DNA of 34,063 bases, taken from Octopus bimaculoides. Lineage: Eukaryota. The DNA lies in the NCBI RefSeq assembly GCF_001194135.2, contig NC_068982.1, positions 30,685,720 through 30,719,782 of the forward strand. Direction: 5' to 3'. The position numbers and the translations under genes were made by a program. The notes under the pieces were generated by a model. That model was given only the letters and a program-made list of their open reading frames with translations, ran no database searches and had not been told where the DNA came from. Below are positions 11,575-23,160 of the stretch, in pieces. Numbering within the stretch: the first letter of the stretch is position 1; every line of letters begins with the position of its first letter.

Positions 11575-13070
11575 TACATGCTATATTATATTGCAGAGAT
11601 GTTGTCTTGAGGTTTTGTGACAACAAGTCTCTACAAATCTCAGGAATCTTTCTTAGAATACAGGGTTGCACTTTTCTGCAGGTTGACAATGCAAAAACAA
11701 ATTTCTTTCAATTTCTAAGGCAGCAGTTTAGATGCTGTGTCAAGAGCACTGATTACCACAAGAATAATTGTTATCATAGGTAGTGGGTAGTGATTTTCTT
11801 CACTACTTCAGGGAGTGACGACCCTGCCTGACACGAGTCCCGGGCTCAGCTGGCTCTGGCTGACAGTACCCGGTATGGGCCCCTATCTAGGGTTACGGAA
11901 AGGAGACAACCTTTCTAATACATCCCTTGTACTCTTGGAAGGTTTTCTCCTTATTGTTTCTACATTATCCTGTCATCTCACAGCATCTCTTGGTACTAGT
12001 ATCCTTCATTATTTCTCAACGATCTGATGATATCATCTTGTAGTAATTTTATACCATCAAGGTTTAACTTCCAGTCCCTCTTTATAATTAACATTGTACA
12101 TTTATCTACCCCAAATTTCCACCTGATATCTTTGCTCTGTTTAGATTAGAGAATCAAGGACTTTTTGACATTTTGTATATAGTTTGAGGTCATCCATATA
12201 AAGCAGGTGATTTATTTTCACTTTCATTTTGGCAAACACACAGGCATTCTTGGATTTTCTCAGAAAGCTTGTCAGAGTGATTAACACAATGATGAAAGTT
12301 ATGAAGAGAAGTTGTCTCTCTGGAATATCCCCCTGTGTATTTTCGTATTTCCTAATGATTTATTTGTGCATGTTACTTCTACTTTCTATGACCCCTTTAT
12401 CTTTTTCTTAAAACAGTTTTCCTTCTTATTGACCTTAAATGTGTAACTATCCAGCCAACAAGTATGTTCTCCTTTCTTATTTGTATCTCAATTCATATTA
12501 TCAATACACAGCAGATCAGTAGTTCCATTGATTTCTTTCTGCATCCTTTTTGCTCCTTTGGCAATAGAGTCTCTTTCTTCTGAAAGCTATATATTTCAAC
12601 TGCTATGAAGTCTGTTAATAACTTTCAGAATAGTGGTAAACAAGTACTAGGCCTATAATTACCAACTTCCCTTATCTTTCTTTTGTCCTTCTATAGTAGC
12701 GCTGTATTTCTTTTTATCATCCATGTTAGTGTTCCATTTTCTACACCGCCCATAAGAATTCGTTGTATATGGCTGTGTATACTTGAGTGATTTTTGAACC
12801 AGAATCTCTGAACACCATCTGATTTCAGGGTTTTCCAATTTTGTATTTGTTCAAGCATCTCTTTCTCTTTCTAACCTATAATGTTTATATTTTCTTGTTT
12901 TGCAAATAGTTTCTGCTAAATTTATTTGGAAATGAAAATTATAGGTTTTAGATGCACCGATCAATATATGTATAAGGTTAAAAATCCATGCTAATTGAAA
13001 TTTTGGACCTTGTAATATGATATGGTCCAGCATGTCATTATTATTTTCATTCAACCTTGCTTCAAATCAC
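11575..13070 (-). pseudogene. R4/Dong-clade non-LTR retrotransposon relic (RT plus C-terminus, internally deleted)
   Basis: Minus strand NYRP.TCLP (about 12630-12660), EQKGCRK (about 12535-12556), RGIFQRD (about 12314-12334), INHLLYMDDLKLY (YMDD at 12189-12200), FGVDKC, and C-terminal VVISALDT..LQKSA (about 11670-11760). Confidence 0.85.
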
Positions 13071-14884
13071 ATGTTTTTCTCAGAAGAACATGTTACTTTC
13101 ATTGTTTTTATAGGCGAGTTCGTACTTCATAGAAGTGTTTTCATTTCTTTTTCATATATTTATAGTCGATACTTTTTATTGTCAACTAAAATATAAAGAA
13201 TACGTTATTGTGTTTTTGTTGCCTTTCGTGTTTTTATAGCTGCTACAATATTATGGTAATTAGTATTTGTGAGCCTATATCAATAACTTTAATGAGAATA
13301 AAAGGATAAGAAAGAGAAAATTAAAAAAGCTTCTACTCAGTTACTAATAATGTAATTCAATGCAGAGGCCCCCCCCCCCCACGTCTCCAATGTTAATTAG
13401 GTCACCTAGATAACAGAGGCACACAACTACTTATTTTACGGTTTTTCTCACTAATTACCGCCCTTGTACATCTGCTTACTAGTTCTTGCTTTTGTGGCAA
13501 GGATTTGAACTCTAACCACTAGATACTCGGTTATGCACCACAAGCGTGCCATCACAGTTTCATGTGTTTGATCTATACATCAATTAATCAGCATGAAACT
13601 GTGAGCTTTACTCATCACAGAGTGTTGAGGATGGCCGACTAATTTACCTGTCTCACCTCTTGCCACACAGACAATTGAGCGCCCAGATGGCTGACAGACT
13701 GTTAACACCGTGGATTGCTTTGGACATCTGTGCTGAAAATTCCCAGCTCTCAAACGTACCACTTGATGTTTCACAGATAACGTCTATAGTTACAGAGCAG
13801 TTTTTCTCTCCTCCCAGCTGATAATACTTAATATCATTCATTATAAATGGCCAGCATCAAACATATTATGGCTGGCAATAAATATTACAGATAAATGCTG
13901 GTGAGCTTGCTGCCAGCACTACAATAATGTTGAGATAATGTTCATAAAACAATGATTGTTAAGTAATCCAGTTTGGTGACTCAAACGTTTGAAGCATATC
14001 GTTATTGACCAGCTCAACTCAAGCAACAGGCAAACCACACATGACACTCAGTATTCATGGAGTCCACTTCAGGCACTTACAGAAGGCAGACCACTAAGAC
14101 CAGACCATCTCAAACAACAAACAGCTTCAGACACTCACACACGATGTACCAGCTAGCCTTCTACAAGACAGCACAGTTCATCCCTCCCAGTCAGTTGTTA
14201 TATTATCAGCACTTTTCTTTTGTAAACAGCCAACACAATAAATCATGTCCAGCAATAAATATGTTAAAAGTTTGTGAGTTTGTTTTATTTATTATCCATG
14301 CAGCCAGCTAGATTACACAACGATGGTTTTCAACAATGCAACACACACCAACAGGCAACTACTTCAGCATAGTGACCCAATCACCCTCACAGCACTCTAA
14401 CAGTTGATTGGTTGGTATCTTTCAGCAGGTTTCAAGTCTACACCACAAATCTACTAATTGCCTTCTATACTAAAGACGTCTATCTCTGCCTCTTTCTTGA
14501 CATCCAGCTTCTCTGAATCTATCTATTATTAGTGGTGAGGTTTTGGAATAGCGTCCTTTGAAATCCTATACCTCACAGTAAAAGTAAAAGGTAGTTGTTT
14601 TCGGGTATATTTTAGTATTTCTGTGTTTTATACAACAGAAATTACGAATGAGAAAACTAATTATTCCTCAAATTTCACCTCTTTCTTTTTACACGTTTGC
14701 TCCCAGCACTTCTGCACTAATATTCCAATAGCATTATGTTTACCATCAAACTCTTTGTAGATCGACATATGGTTTAAAATGTAGACACAAATATGTTGGA
14801 CAAAACTTATTTGCAAAACAGATGGCCTAACAATATTATGGTATATATATACATTACATTATTATTTTGGTTTGTACCTTTTGT

Positions 14885-15000
14885 TCTTTATGGGGCATAG
14901 GCCATTGACAACTTTTATGCCTTGTTCTTGATTCTGGCATGTCTTCTGCTTCTCTTCAGTTGGTTTCTTGCTTCTTCAGCTTCTTCAGCTTTCCCTCAGT
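14885..15000 (-). mobile_element. Possible 3' end of an RTE-like LINE
   Basis: Minus strand ...AGAACAAGGCATAAAAGTTGTCAATGGCCTATGCCCCATAAAG resembles an RTE C-terminal R..WR..V.GLCP motif. Confidence 0.35.
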
Positions 15001-15011
15001 ATTCCATCTCT

Positions 15012-15211
15012 CTGAGAGAAGGGTTAGTCAATTACATCAACCCCATAGCTTGACTGATACTTATTTTATTGACCCCCCAAAAGAACGAAAGGCAAAGCTG
15101 ACCTCAGTGGAATTTGAACTCTGAACGTAAGGATGTAAACATAAGGATGTACAAAATTCCACTAAGCATTTTGTCTGGTGTGCTAGTGATTCTGCCAGCT
15201 CATTGCCTTAA
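15012..15211 (-). mobile_element. Type A SINE (degenerate)
   Basis: GAAAGGCAAAGCTGACCTCAGTGGAATTTGAACTC..TTCTGCCAGCTCATTGCCTTAA. Confidence 0.8.
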
Positions 15212-15415
15212 TTTAATAATGGATACAGTATAGCTGGAAAAAAAAAAGGTTTGTAATGGTAGGAGTATCTTTAATCAACAGGCTACTCTATTAAGTCTCC
15301 TCTGTGAGTTAAACAACTCCACTGTTATTCTAGAACAATGATGTCATTTTCCTGGCATTACCTGTTAATAAATAACTAAATAAGAATAGTTTGTTTTTTC
15401 TTTCTTTCTTCTACT

Positions 15416-16065
15416 TTAGACACAAGGCTCAACATTTTTTGGGAGGGATCCAGTTGATTAGATCAACCCCAGTATACAACTGGTACTTAATTTATCGACA
15501 CAGAAAGGATGAAAGGCAAAGTCAACCTTGGCGGAATTTGAACTCAGAACATAAAGACGGACAAAATATTGCCAAGTGTTTCACCTAGCGTGCTAACATT
15601 TCTTATTTCTTTATTGCCCACAATGGGCTAAACATAGAGGGGACAAACAAGGACAGACAAAGGGATTAAGTCGATTACTTCGACCCCAGTGCATAACTGG
15701 TGCTTAATTTATTGACCCCGAAAGGATGAAAGGCAAAGTCGACCTCGGCAGAATTAGAACTCAGAACATAACGACAGATGAAATACCGCTAAGCATTTCG
15801 CCTGGCGTGCTAACGTTTCTGTCAGCTCACCGCCTTCTTGTACTTTACATACTTTTCCACTCTAGATACAAGGCCCAAAATTTTTGGGGAGGGGGCCAGT
15901 CAATTAGATCGACCCGAGTACACAACTGGTACTTAGTTTATCGACTCCAAAAGGATGAAAGGCAAAGTCAACCTTGGCGGAATTTGAACTCAGAACATAA
16001 AGACACAAAATACTGCTAAGCATTTCACCCGGTGTGTTAACGCTTCTGCCAGCTTGCTGCCTTAA
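15416..16065 (-). mobile_element. Same-orientation SINE trimer: A (15416-15600), B (15601-15836), A (15861-16065)
   Basis: Three copies of AAAGGATGAAAGGCAAAGTC(A/G)ACCT..GAATT(T/A)GAACTCAGAAC; A copies carry the CACAAGGC tail, the B copy the TCTTATTTCTTTATTGCCCAC tail. Confidence 0.9.
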
Positions 16066-17184
16066 CTAGACAGAATAATGAAAGAGTTGTAGAGATGGTT
16101 TTGTGTTGTTATTATTTAACCACTGGTCAGTCCTCATTGAATAGACTTATGGTGTAAAATCTTCCAACTCTAACTACCCTGTCTTTGTCCACCATGATGC
16201 AATGCACTCAGGATTACATTCAATGTTGGTATCAAAAAAGGGGCTGATAATTTGTCCTGGGCAACGTTTCTACAGGGACGGCACTTTTGGGTTTGTTGTA
16301 CAAGCCTGTATAGGCTTGAAACCCCGTGGAGTGCAGCAAACTGAAGGGCTGTCCCGGGCAACACACTTTCTAGTCACACCACTCCCACCTGAGATCATCC
16401 CCAATTTTGGTACAAAATTTACTAATTTTAAAGTGTTTATATTTAAATTAATGTTTTCCACATAATTTTATTCCTGAATTTTGCTAAATTATGATCCAGC
16501 ACCGACATATTAATGAAAGAGTTACTTATTTTATTAAATTCATTCTCTTTCTTGATTATTTTCAAAATCAACTGGAATATATTGGGTGTAAATTTTATCA
16601 ATAATGATCAGGAAAAGAGAAATTAGAGTGAATTAATTCTTTCCTAATGCAAAATCATTATTAGAAGAAGAATGTATGTATTTAAACCAACCATTTTCAG
16701 TATATTACTGGAACTTATTTTGAATGTAAAGAGGTTATTTTAATTATTTCAATGGCCTTAGTTATCATTGTAAAAAGAAAACGAAGACCATAATAATTTA
16801 ATATTAGATTTTTAAATAACATTATAACTGGGACATTTTGCCTTGATTATATTTTCCTCCTCCACCTTTTCTTAATTTTTCTTCTTTGTTCTGTGAAGAA
16901 GTGTACTGATTTATTTTGAAGAGGTTTGTGGGTGACCAAATGTCTCTCTTACAGTAATATGATTCCTGTAGAGGCTGCTTCTTTGCTATGATTAATCCAT
17001 ATGTTCCATTGCTTTTGGTATTGTATTCAATACTTTGTCTAAAGTTTGGGATTATTTATAGAAGAGAATTTCTAGGAAGTCAAAGAGAGAAGAGAGTTTC
17101 TTACATGGTTGTGAAACCTACTAGACACAGCAGCTAAATATGTTTAAAATTTCACACTCTAGTCTTAATCTTGAACTAGTCGAA

Positions 17185-17468
17185 ATCTTTTACATACATT
17201 AAGGGTTGAAATAGGTCATTTTGACTCGTGACCTTTTTTTTTAAATTTCAATGTGCATCAAATGACATTCTTTGTCTTTTCATTATCAAAAATGTTTGTC
17301 TCGAACACCAAAAGGGGAAAAAAATGTAATTGTTCATCACAATGAACTGAAACACACTTTATTATTTTTTATTCCACACACTCTTTCCAGGCTGGAGGTC
17401 CCTGGTGCTCCTTGCTCATTGGTTCAGCACATTTTGACCAAGACCCCTTTTGACCCCAAAAAGGTTAA
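17185..17468. mobile_element. Possible piggyBac-like non-autonomous element
   Basis: GGTCATTTTGAC-type motifs near both ends and an AAAGGTTAA right end; left terminus not cleanly resolved. Confidence 0.3.
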
Positions 17469-18975
17469 AAAAGAAAGGACATGATATGCAAAAAAAAACA
17501 AAAACCTCCTAAATCTTCGTAGAGGGGATGGGTTTAATTGGAATACCTTTCATCAAAGGTTTGCTTAATTAGGGCTGATCCAGAGCCAACATCAACTATG
17601 ACAACATCATTAGGAAGTCATCAGAGGTATATAACTGTTGCTATGACAAGTAGATGTTAGCTTTCACTTTTACTGTTCATATATTATTTTTAACTTCTAA
17701 AGTTTCATGATAAGGCTTTCATATGCTTTCAATGCTGTTCCTTTTTTTATCAACAGAAATAAAATATGCCTCAAGAAAAGATTAAACCTTGGTGCACTAT
17801 TTAATATCAGTTATTGAATCTTCTTTTCGGATAACAGTTTCTGAAAACTAGTTTCTCTAAACAAAACCCAGTATTTTATGCACAAATTGCATTTTTTTCC
17901 AGGACCTTTCAGTTGCCCTTTAACAATTTATATTGATCATAGCTAGAAAACTTTAGGGAAAGATGCCAAAATTGAAATAATTGATTTCTAAGCACATTGT
18001 AACGTTCAGTTAAAAGAACACTATACAAATTGTTACCACCAAGAGATTCTCCTTAGGGAAGAATTGTCTTTTCTTATCAGTTTCTTTTAGATAAGCTTTC
18101 AAAATTTTCAGACTATCAACCTTATCTTTAGAGATGAAAATTAAAGAAAAACATTGCTCCCATCTAATCTACATTTCATATTGGTCTTTTAATTTCCGAT
18201 CACAATCAGTTGTTTTGTTCCTGAATATCCACTGGAATTAAACTAAAGGCAATAACAACATTACATCTGAAGTGGATATGAATATGAAGAATACATTTTA
18301 TCTCTAAAGATGAGGTTGACGGTTAAAAAGCAAAAATACTATCTTTTTCACAAGTATTCATCTCTGATATTTAGACATTTATTTCTTTGAGTCAAGAGGG
18401 AAAACAAGGCTCATGACCCATTACAAGGCTTTGGAGACTGGTAAGAGAGGGAGGTAATTTCAAATTGGAAAACTGGCATGAATTTTTACAACAGAGTGGA
18501 CTCTACTAAAGGCACCCAGGGACCAGAGGGTGTTATTAAAGCAGGAGATGAATTAAGTCTTTCATTAATGTAGGTCATGGTAGGATTATAAGATAAGCAG
18601 AGGAGTAGTAACATTTGCCATAACCTTCACAAGTATTCTGAAATCAGTGATATTGGTGTGGTTGAAGTTTGACCTGAATTTGTATAGGTCAGTGCCCTCC
18701 TGGGGAGGACAAATTAGTCGGAGTGCCTAGTATGGCATCTGGTGGGTGAAACTCAGTAACAGAGATGCAACAAGATGCAAGGGATGATTGGGCCAGGGTA
18801 GAGTGGGTAACAGACATAACCTGTATTATATGTATTACCTTGGAGGTTTAGAACATTGCGTAGTAATGGGCAGGCTACCCTTGGGAGGCTGGAGATTGTT
18901 TAGCCTCTGAGAGAGCTAGGATACCGGGCAAGTACTGGTCATATGGGAATTCAGTTGCAGGGTGACAGGATGTGG

Positions 18976-19372
18976 TAGAAGCAAACATGGCGAGCTTGAG
19001 TAGAAGCAAACATGGCGAGCTTGAGTAGAAGCAAACATGGCGAGCTTGAATAGAAGCAAACATGGCGAGCTTGAGTAGAAGCAAACATGGCGAGCTTGAG
19101 TAGAAGCAAACATGGCGAGNNNNNNNNNNNNNNNNNNNGGCGAGCTTGAGTAGAAGCAAAAATGGCGAGCTTGAGTAGAAGCAAACATGGCGAGCTTGAG
19201 TAGAAGCAAACATGGCGAGCTTGAGTAGAAGCAAACGTGGTGAGCTTGAGTAGAAGCAAACATGGCGAGCTTGAATAGAAGCAAACATGGCGAGCTTGAG
19301 TAGAAGCAAACATGGCGAGCTTGAGTAGAAGCAAATATGGCGAGCTTGAGTAGAAGCAAACGTGGTGAGCTT
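18976..19372. repeat. 25-bp minisatellite TAGAAGCAAACATGGCGAGCTTGAG, about 16 units as assembled
   Basis: Contiguous units with no spacers; phase preserved across the 19-N gap at 19120-19138. Confidence 0.97.
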
Positions 19373-19493
19373 AGATTCCACAATAGGAAAGAAAAGGGTG
19401 AGTTTTGTTTTTAGTCTAGTATTGGGAATAAATAAGATCTTCCCATGGAAGCTGGTAAACTGGAGAACTTGGTTACAGTATGGGGCATGATTA

Positions 19494-19785
19494 TGAGGTC
19501 TGATCAATAAGTATCCGGATTGTTGCCATAGTACCAAAGCTAAAATACAGAGTGAAGCTGCTTGGCACAGATTGGCCTTGAACTCTGTTGTGAATGTGCA
19601 CTAAGTTTTAACGTTCTAGCTCACTTCTGCTGTTTACAACAGCAGTGCTTGGAAGGAAGGTGTGTAGCATGTGATCGTTGCATGCACTGCAGAGTTCAAG
19701 GTCAATCTGTGCCAAGTGCCTTCACTCTACATGCTTTAGCTTCGTTACTATAGCAACAGTCCGGATACTTATTGATCAGGTCACA
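19494..19785. mobile_element. Tc1/mariner-type MITE with about 100-bp terminal inverted repeats
   Basis: TA|TGAGGTCTGATCAATAAGTATCCGGA..GGCCTTGAACTCTG versus CAGAGTTCAAGGTC..TCCGGATACTTATTGATCAGGTCACA|TA; TA duplicated at 19492-19493 and 19786-19787. Confidence 0.92.
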
Positions 19786-21576
19786 TATTCAAGATATTCT
19801 CATTAGGTGTTAGGTTAGTAATCCTGATAGAAACAGTAGTGATAATACTATTAAGGGCAAATCCAGGGTGATTAGATGGGATATTGATATATTGTGACAA
19901 CTCATTCAGTTTATGGTAAGAGTAATGTAAGTTCACCTCTAAGTCAAGAGCCACATCTAAGAAGTTAGTCGCTTTAGTGCTATTTTTGAATGTGATAGAA
20001 AGATTACAATTCTTGAAGGACTTAAAGAAGGCATATATATACTTAAATCAATAGCATCTGAAGGATTGGATGTGCTTTTACGCCTGTGAAACTTTAATTA
20101 ATATAGATTTAAGATACAAACTTGTAAGAATACATATATGTCTATATATATAGTATATCTTGTGTGTAGAAATAGACGTACAACTGATTCTGTTACATTT
20201 AGAGTCCTACGTAGATTACTATATTCCAGTTTGGTTAATCGAACTACTTAGCTTGCAATTTTGCATACTTTGATAAATTCTTTATATATATATAAATGTT
20301 ATTTATTTAAAGCATGCAATACATGTATTTAAGTGCTACTAATAGTTTCAAATGCTGAGGAATATCTCAAACATATCCATCAGGCACAAACCACATATAA
20401 GGAACTAAAAAAAAAAAATTGAATAAGAAACGCAAAAAAGCTGAGAAGGTAACATATAGAAAATAAGGAAGGTTAAAAATGGAAAATGAAAAAGTAAAAA
20501 TAGTACATTTTATGAGAGTGTGTGTGGAAGGTGAGAGTGTGTGTGAGTATGTGTGTGGGTGGGGAGATGGACGTGAAGAATTTATCAAAGTGAATGTGTG
20601 AAGAATTTATCAAAGTATTCAAAATTGCAAGTTAAGTAGTTCAGTTAATCTTTTCTTGAATTTTAATGTGCCAAGTAATAAATAAATAAATAAATAAATA
20701 AATTTATTAATCCAATTTACATCAAATATTTTTTTATCGATTACAATAAGTAAGACTTACCGAACAATTTTTTTCAGAAATTGCATGAAAAATTGGATTA
20801 AGCTCTTTGGCCACTTGGCTGATTTGGACAAAGTTGGTAGGAGGTCAAAAAATAAAAAATAAATCGGTCAATAATTATANNNNNNNNNNNNNNNNNNNNN
20901 NNNNNNNNNNNNNNNNNNNNNNNNNNNNNNNNNNNNNNNNNNNNNNNNNNNNNNNNNNNNNNNNNNNNNNNNNNNNNNNNNNNNNNNNNNNNNNNNNNNN
21001 NNNNNNNNNNNNNNNNNNNNNNNNNNNNNNNNNNNNNNNNNNNNNNNNNNNNNNNNNNNNNNNNNNNNNNNNNNNNNNNNNNNNNNNNNNNNNNNNNNNN
21101 NNNNNNNNNNNNNNNNNNNNNNNNNNNNNNNNNNNNNNNNNNNNNNNNNNNNNNNNNNNNNNNNNNNNNNNNNNNNNNNNNNNNNNNNNNNNNNNNNNNN
21201 NNNNNNNNNNNNNNNNNNNNNNNNNNNNNNNNNNNNNNNNNNNNNNNNNNNNNNNNNNNNNNNNNNNNNNNNNNNNNATGCAAGCAAGGCAGTCAAAAAT
21301 GTATATAAAAAGTAAATCTCTTTAAGTCTGGAAATATAAAATATTACTAATGTTATAAATACTGTAGGTCTATAAAATAAAGCTTATGAATGAGTTTGGT
21401 TCAGCAGAAGATGGCTTTTTAATGATTTAATGTGGAAATCATTCTTAAACATTTTTTTTCTTTCAGTTTCAAGCATTTAAAAGAAAACAGCCATACCAAA
21501 GACTGAATCTAATATTAATACTTAGTTCTGAATGTAGTTAATTAATTTACGATACAAATGGCATGGTTATAAATTA

Positions 21577-21790
21577 CACGGTGGCCCAAAAGTAGGTTTA
21601 TAATCACGTCAGCACTTTAAATTTCTTTAAAAATATTTTATTACATTTAAATTTCTATCTTACAAACTGAAAAGGGAGATTGACAAAATTAACTAAATCA
21701 ACATAGAATAATGGCGTCATATTTTTTAAAGATCTAAACTATTAATGTATGAATGCAAAAGAGATAGTTGAATAACTGTAAACCTACTTT
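21577..21790. mobile_element. Tc1/mariner-like MITE, right end truncated by the ribozyme element
   Basis: TA|CACGGTGGCCCAAAAGTAGGTTTATA at left and the inverted TGTAAACCTACTTT at about 21777-21790. Confidence 0.55.
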
Positions 21791-21841
21791 ATTTACATTA
21801 TTTATATTTGACGGATATCTGTCCTCATCTTGTTTGTTGTT

Positions 21842-21885
21842 AACAACGTTTTGGCTGATATACCCTCCAGTCTTCATCAGGTGTC
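21842..21885 (-). ncRNA. Minimal type I hammerhead ribozyme, decayed (GAAA>AAAA, 2-nt deletion)
   Basis: Minus strand GACAC CTGATGA A GACTG GAGGGTATAT CAGCC AAAA CGTT G. Confidence 0.55.
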
Positions 21886-21959
21886 TTGGGGAAATTTCAA
21901 ACCTGGGTTCTCATTCCTAAGGTATTTTTCGATGTTATTATTATTATTATTATTATTAC

Positions 21960-22030
<71 letters not shown>

Positions 22031-22103
22031 TCACGGGCATATGGCATAGTGGTTAAGAATACGGACTACTAACTCCAAGATTACGAGTTCGATTCCAGGT
22101 GAT

Positions 22104-22340
22104 TTAAGGTGGTGCGCTGGCAGAAATGTTAGCACACTGGGCGAAATGCTTAGTGGTATTTCGTCTGCCGTTATGTTCTGAGCTCAAATTCCGCCAAGGT
22201 TGACTTTGCCTTTCATCCTTTCGGGGTCAATAAATTAAGTACCAGTTACACACTGGGGTCGATATAACTGACTTAATCCCTTTGTCTATCCTTGTTTGTC
22301 CCCTCTATGTTTAGCCCTCTTGTGGGCAATAAAGAAATAA
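22104..22340 (+). mobile_element. Full-length type B SINE inserted in the B box of the composite element
   Basis: TTAAGGTGGTGCGCTGGCAGAAATGTTAG..GAGCTCAAATTCC..GCCTTTCATCCTTTCGGGGTC..AATAAAGAAATAAG; about 23-bp duplication at 22077-22099 and 22339-22361. Confidence 0.9.
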
Positions 22341-22452
22341 GATTACGAGTTTGATTCTAGACAGTGGTCTAAATAATAACAAAAACAATAATAATAACAA
22401 TAACATCGAAAAATACCTTAGGAATGAGAACGCAGGTTCGAAATTTCCCCAA

Positions 22453-22498
22453 GACACCTGATGAAGGCTGGAGCATTTATCAGCTGAAACATTGTGTC
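22453..22498 (+). ncRNA. Minimal type I hammerhead ribozyme (core intact; stem III palindrome ACGT>ACAT)
   Basis: Stem I GACAC/GTGTC, CTGATGA, stem II GGCTG/CAGCT, GAAA, CA-T-T. Confidence 0.7.
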
Positions 22499-22549
22499 AA
22501 TAACAAACAAGATGAGGATAAATATCCATTAAATGTAAATAATGTAAAT

Positions 22550-23160
22550 TTTCGTTTTTGAGCAAAATAACCAAATGCATTGAGCTGAGACCATAAACCC
22601 ATGTTTCATAACTACTGACAATGAACTTCAAGAAGTCTGGGTCGTGCTTTGCATAGTCTAGCAATTCCTGAGTGATTTCTGTGCCAAGTTGCTTCTGCTG
22701 TTTCACCAACACCTTGGAGACGAATAGTACCAACACTCTCTGCAGGTACAAATCCTCTTTTAAATTAGAATGGATTGATCCTCCTTGTGAGAAATTTCCT
22801 GGATTGTTACATGATGGTCTTCTATGACTAACCTTCTCAATTGGCTTCTCATTTCAGATTATGGATGATCTACCTGAGCATGTTTCACTCTCCACTGAGG
22901 TGCAACCATGTTTGAAGATGATGTACCATGCCTTGATCTAAGTTTCTCCCATGGCATCATCATCAAAAGCCTGCTGAATCTTCTCGATAGTTTGAGGTTG
23001 AGTATCATCAAACTTTTAGCAAGACTTGATGCAACATCCCTGATGCATTTGGTCATCTTCTGTGAAAATGAAAATCCAAAGAGTGTACACTACATGTCTG
23101 TACTTGTGGCGAGAGTAGGATGCCCTCTGACAAGAGTAGATGGGACCACTACATATAAAT
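22550..23160 (-). pseudogene. Second mariner transposase relic (N-terminal half, irritans-like)
   Basis: Minus strand MTKCI..CIK.., VKHAQVDHP (EARSGRP-like in a shifted frame), YLQRVLVLFVSKVLVKQQKQ..AKHDPDFLKFIVSSYETWVYG (FL..IITGDETWVY-like). Confidence 0.85.

Larger units (their letters stand above)
18540..20050 (-). pseudogene. Penelope-like element relic 2 (RT C-terminal half plus GIY-YIG)
   Basis: Minus strand FKNCNLSITFKNSTKATNFLDVALDL (NFLD at about 19955-19966), SNHP (19865-19876), APYCNQVLQFTSFHGKILFIPN, then CPL..KVIHIIQV and SEYL*RL (LSKYIWKL-like). Confidence 0.78.
21789..22549 (+). mobile_element. Composite element locus 1: inverted hammerhead tail (21789-22034), tRNA-like head (from 22035), (AAT)n linker and hammerhead tail; interrupted by a type B SINE
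   Basis: Four-way alignment with 23541-23993; head GGGCATATGGCATAGTGG (A box), GAGTTCGATTCC (B box). Confidence 0.85.

Noticed and set aside
13620-14450. Possible LTR retrotransposon remnant (zinc-knuckle-like spacing on minus, AATAAA motifs)
   Set aside because: No paired termini, target duplication or convincing primer-binding site could be fixed.
16250-16375. Helitron-like 3' end (TGTCCCGGGCA palindrome then CTAGT) and a direct repeat TGTCC(T/C)GGGCAAC
   Set aside because: The hairpin is short and no 5' TC end or Rep/helicase relic is visible.
17500-18500. L1-like RT motifs on the minus strand
   Set aside because: Matches such as KAYES and KGIP are too degenerate, and the adjacent sequence is better explained as a PLE.
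18976-19372. CRISPR-like array
   Set aside because: Units are contiguous with no unique spacers, no cas genes are present, and the DNA is eukaryotic.
20798-21325. ORFs spanning N runs (also 25731-26741, 28630-29652, 32286-33490)
   Set aside because: Length comes from assembly gaps.
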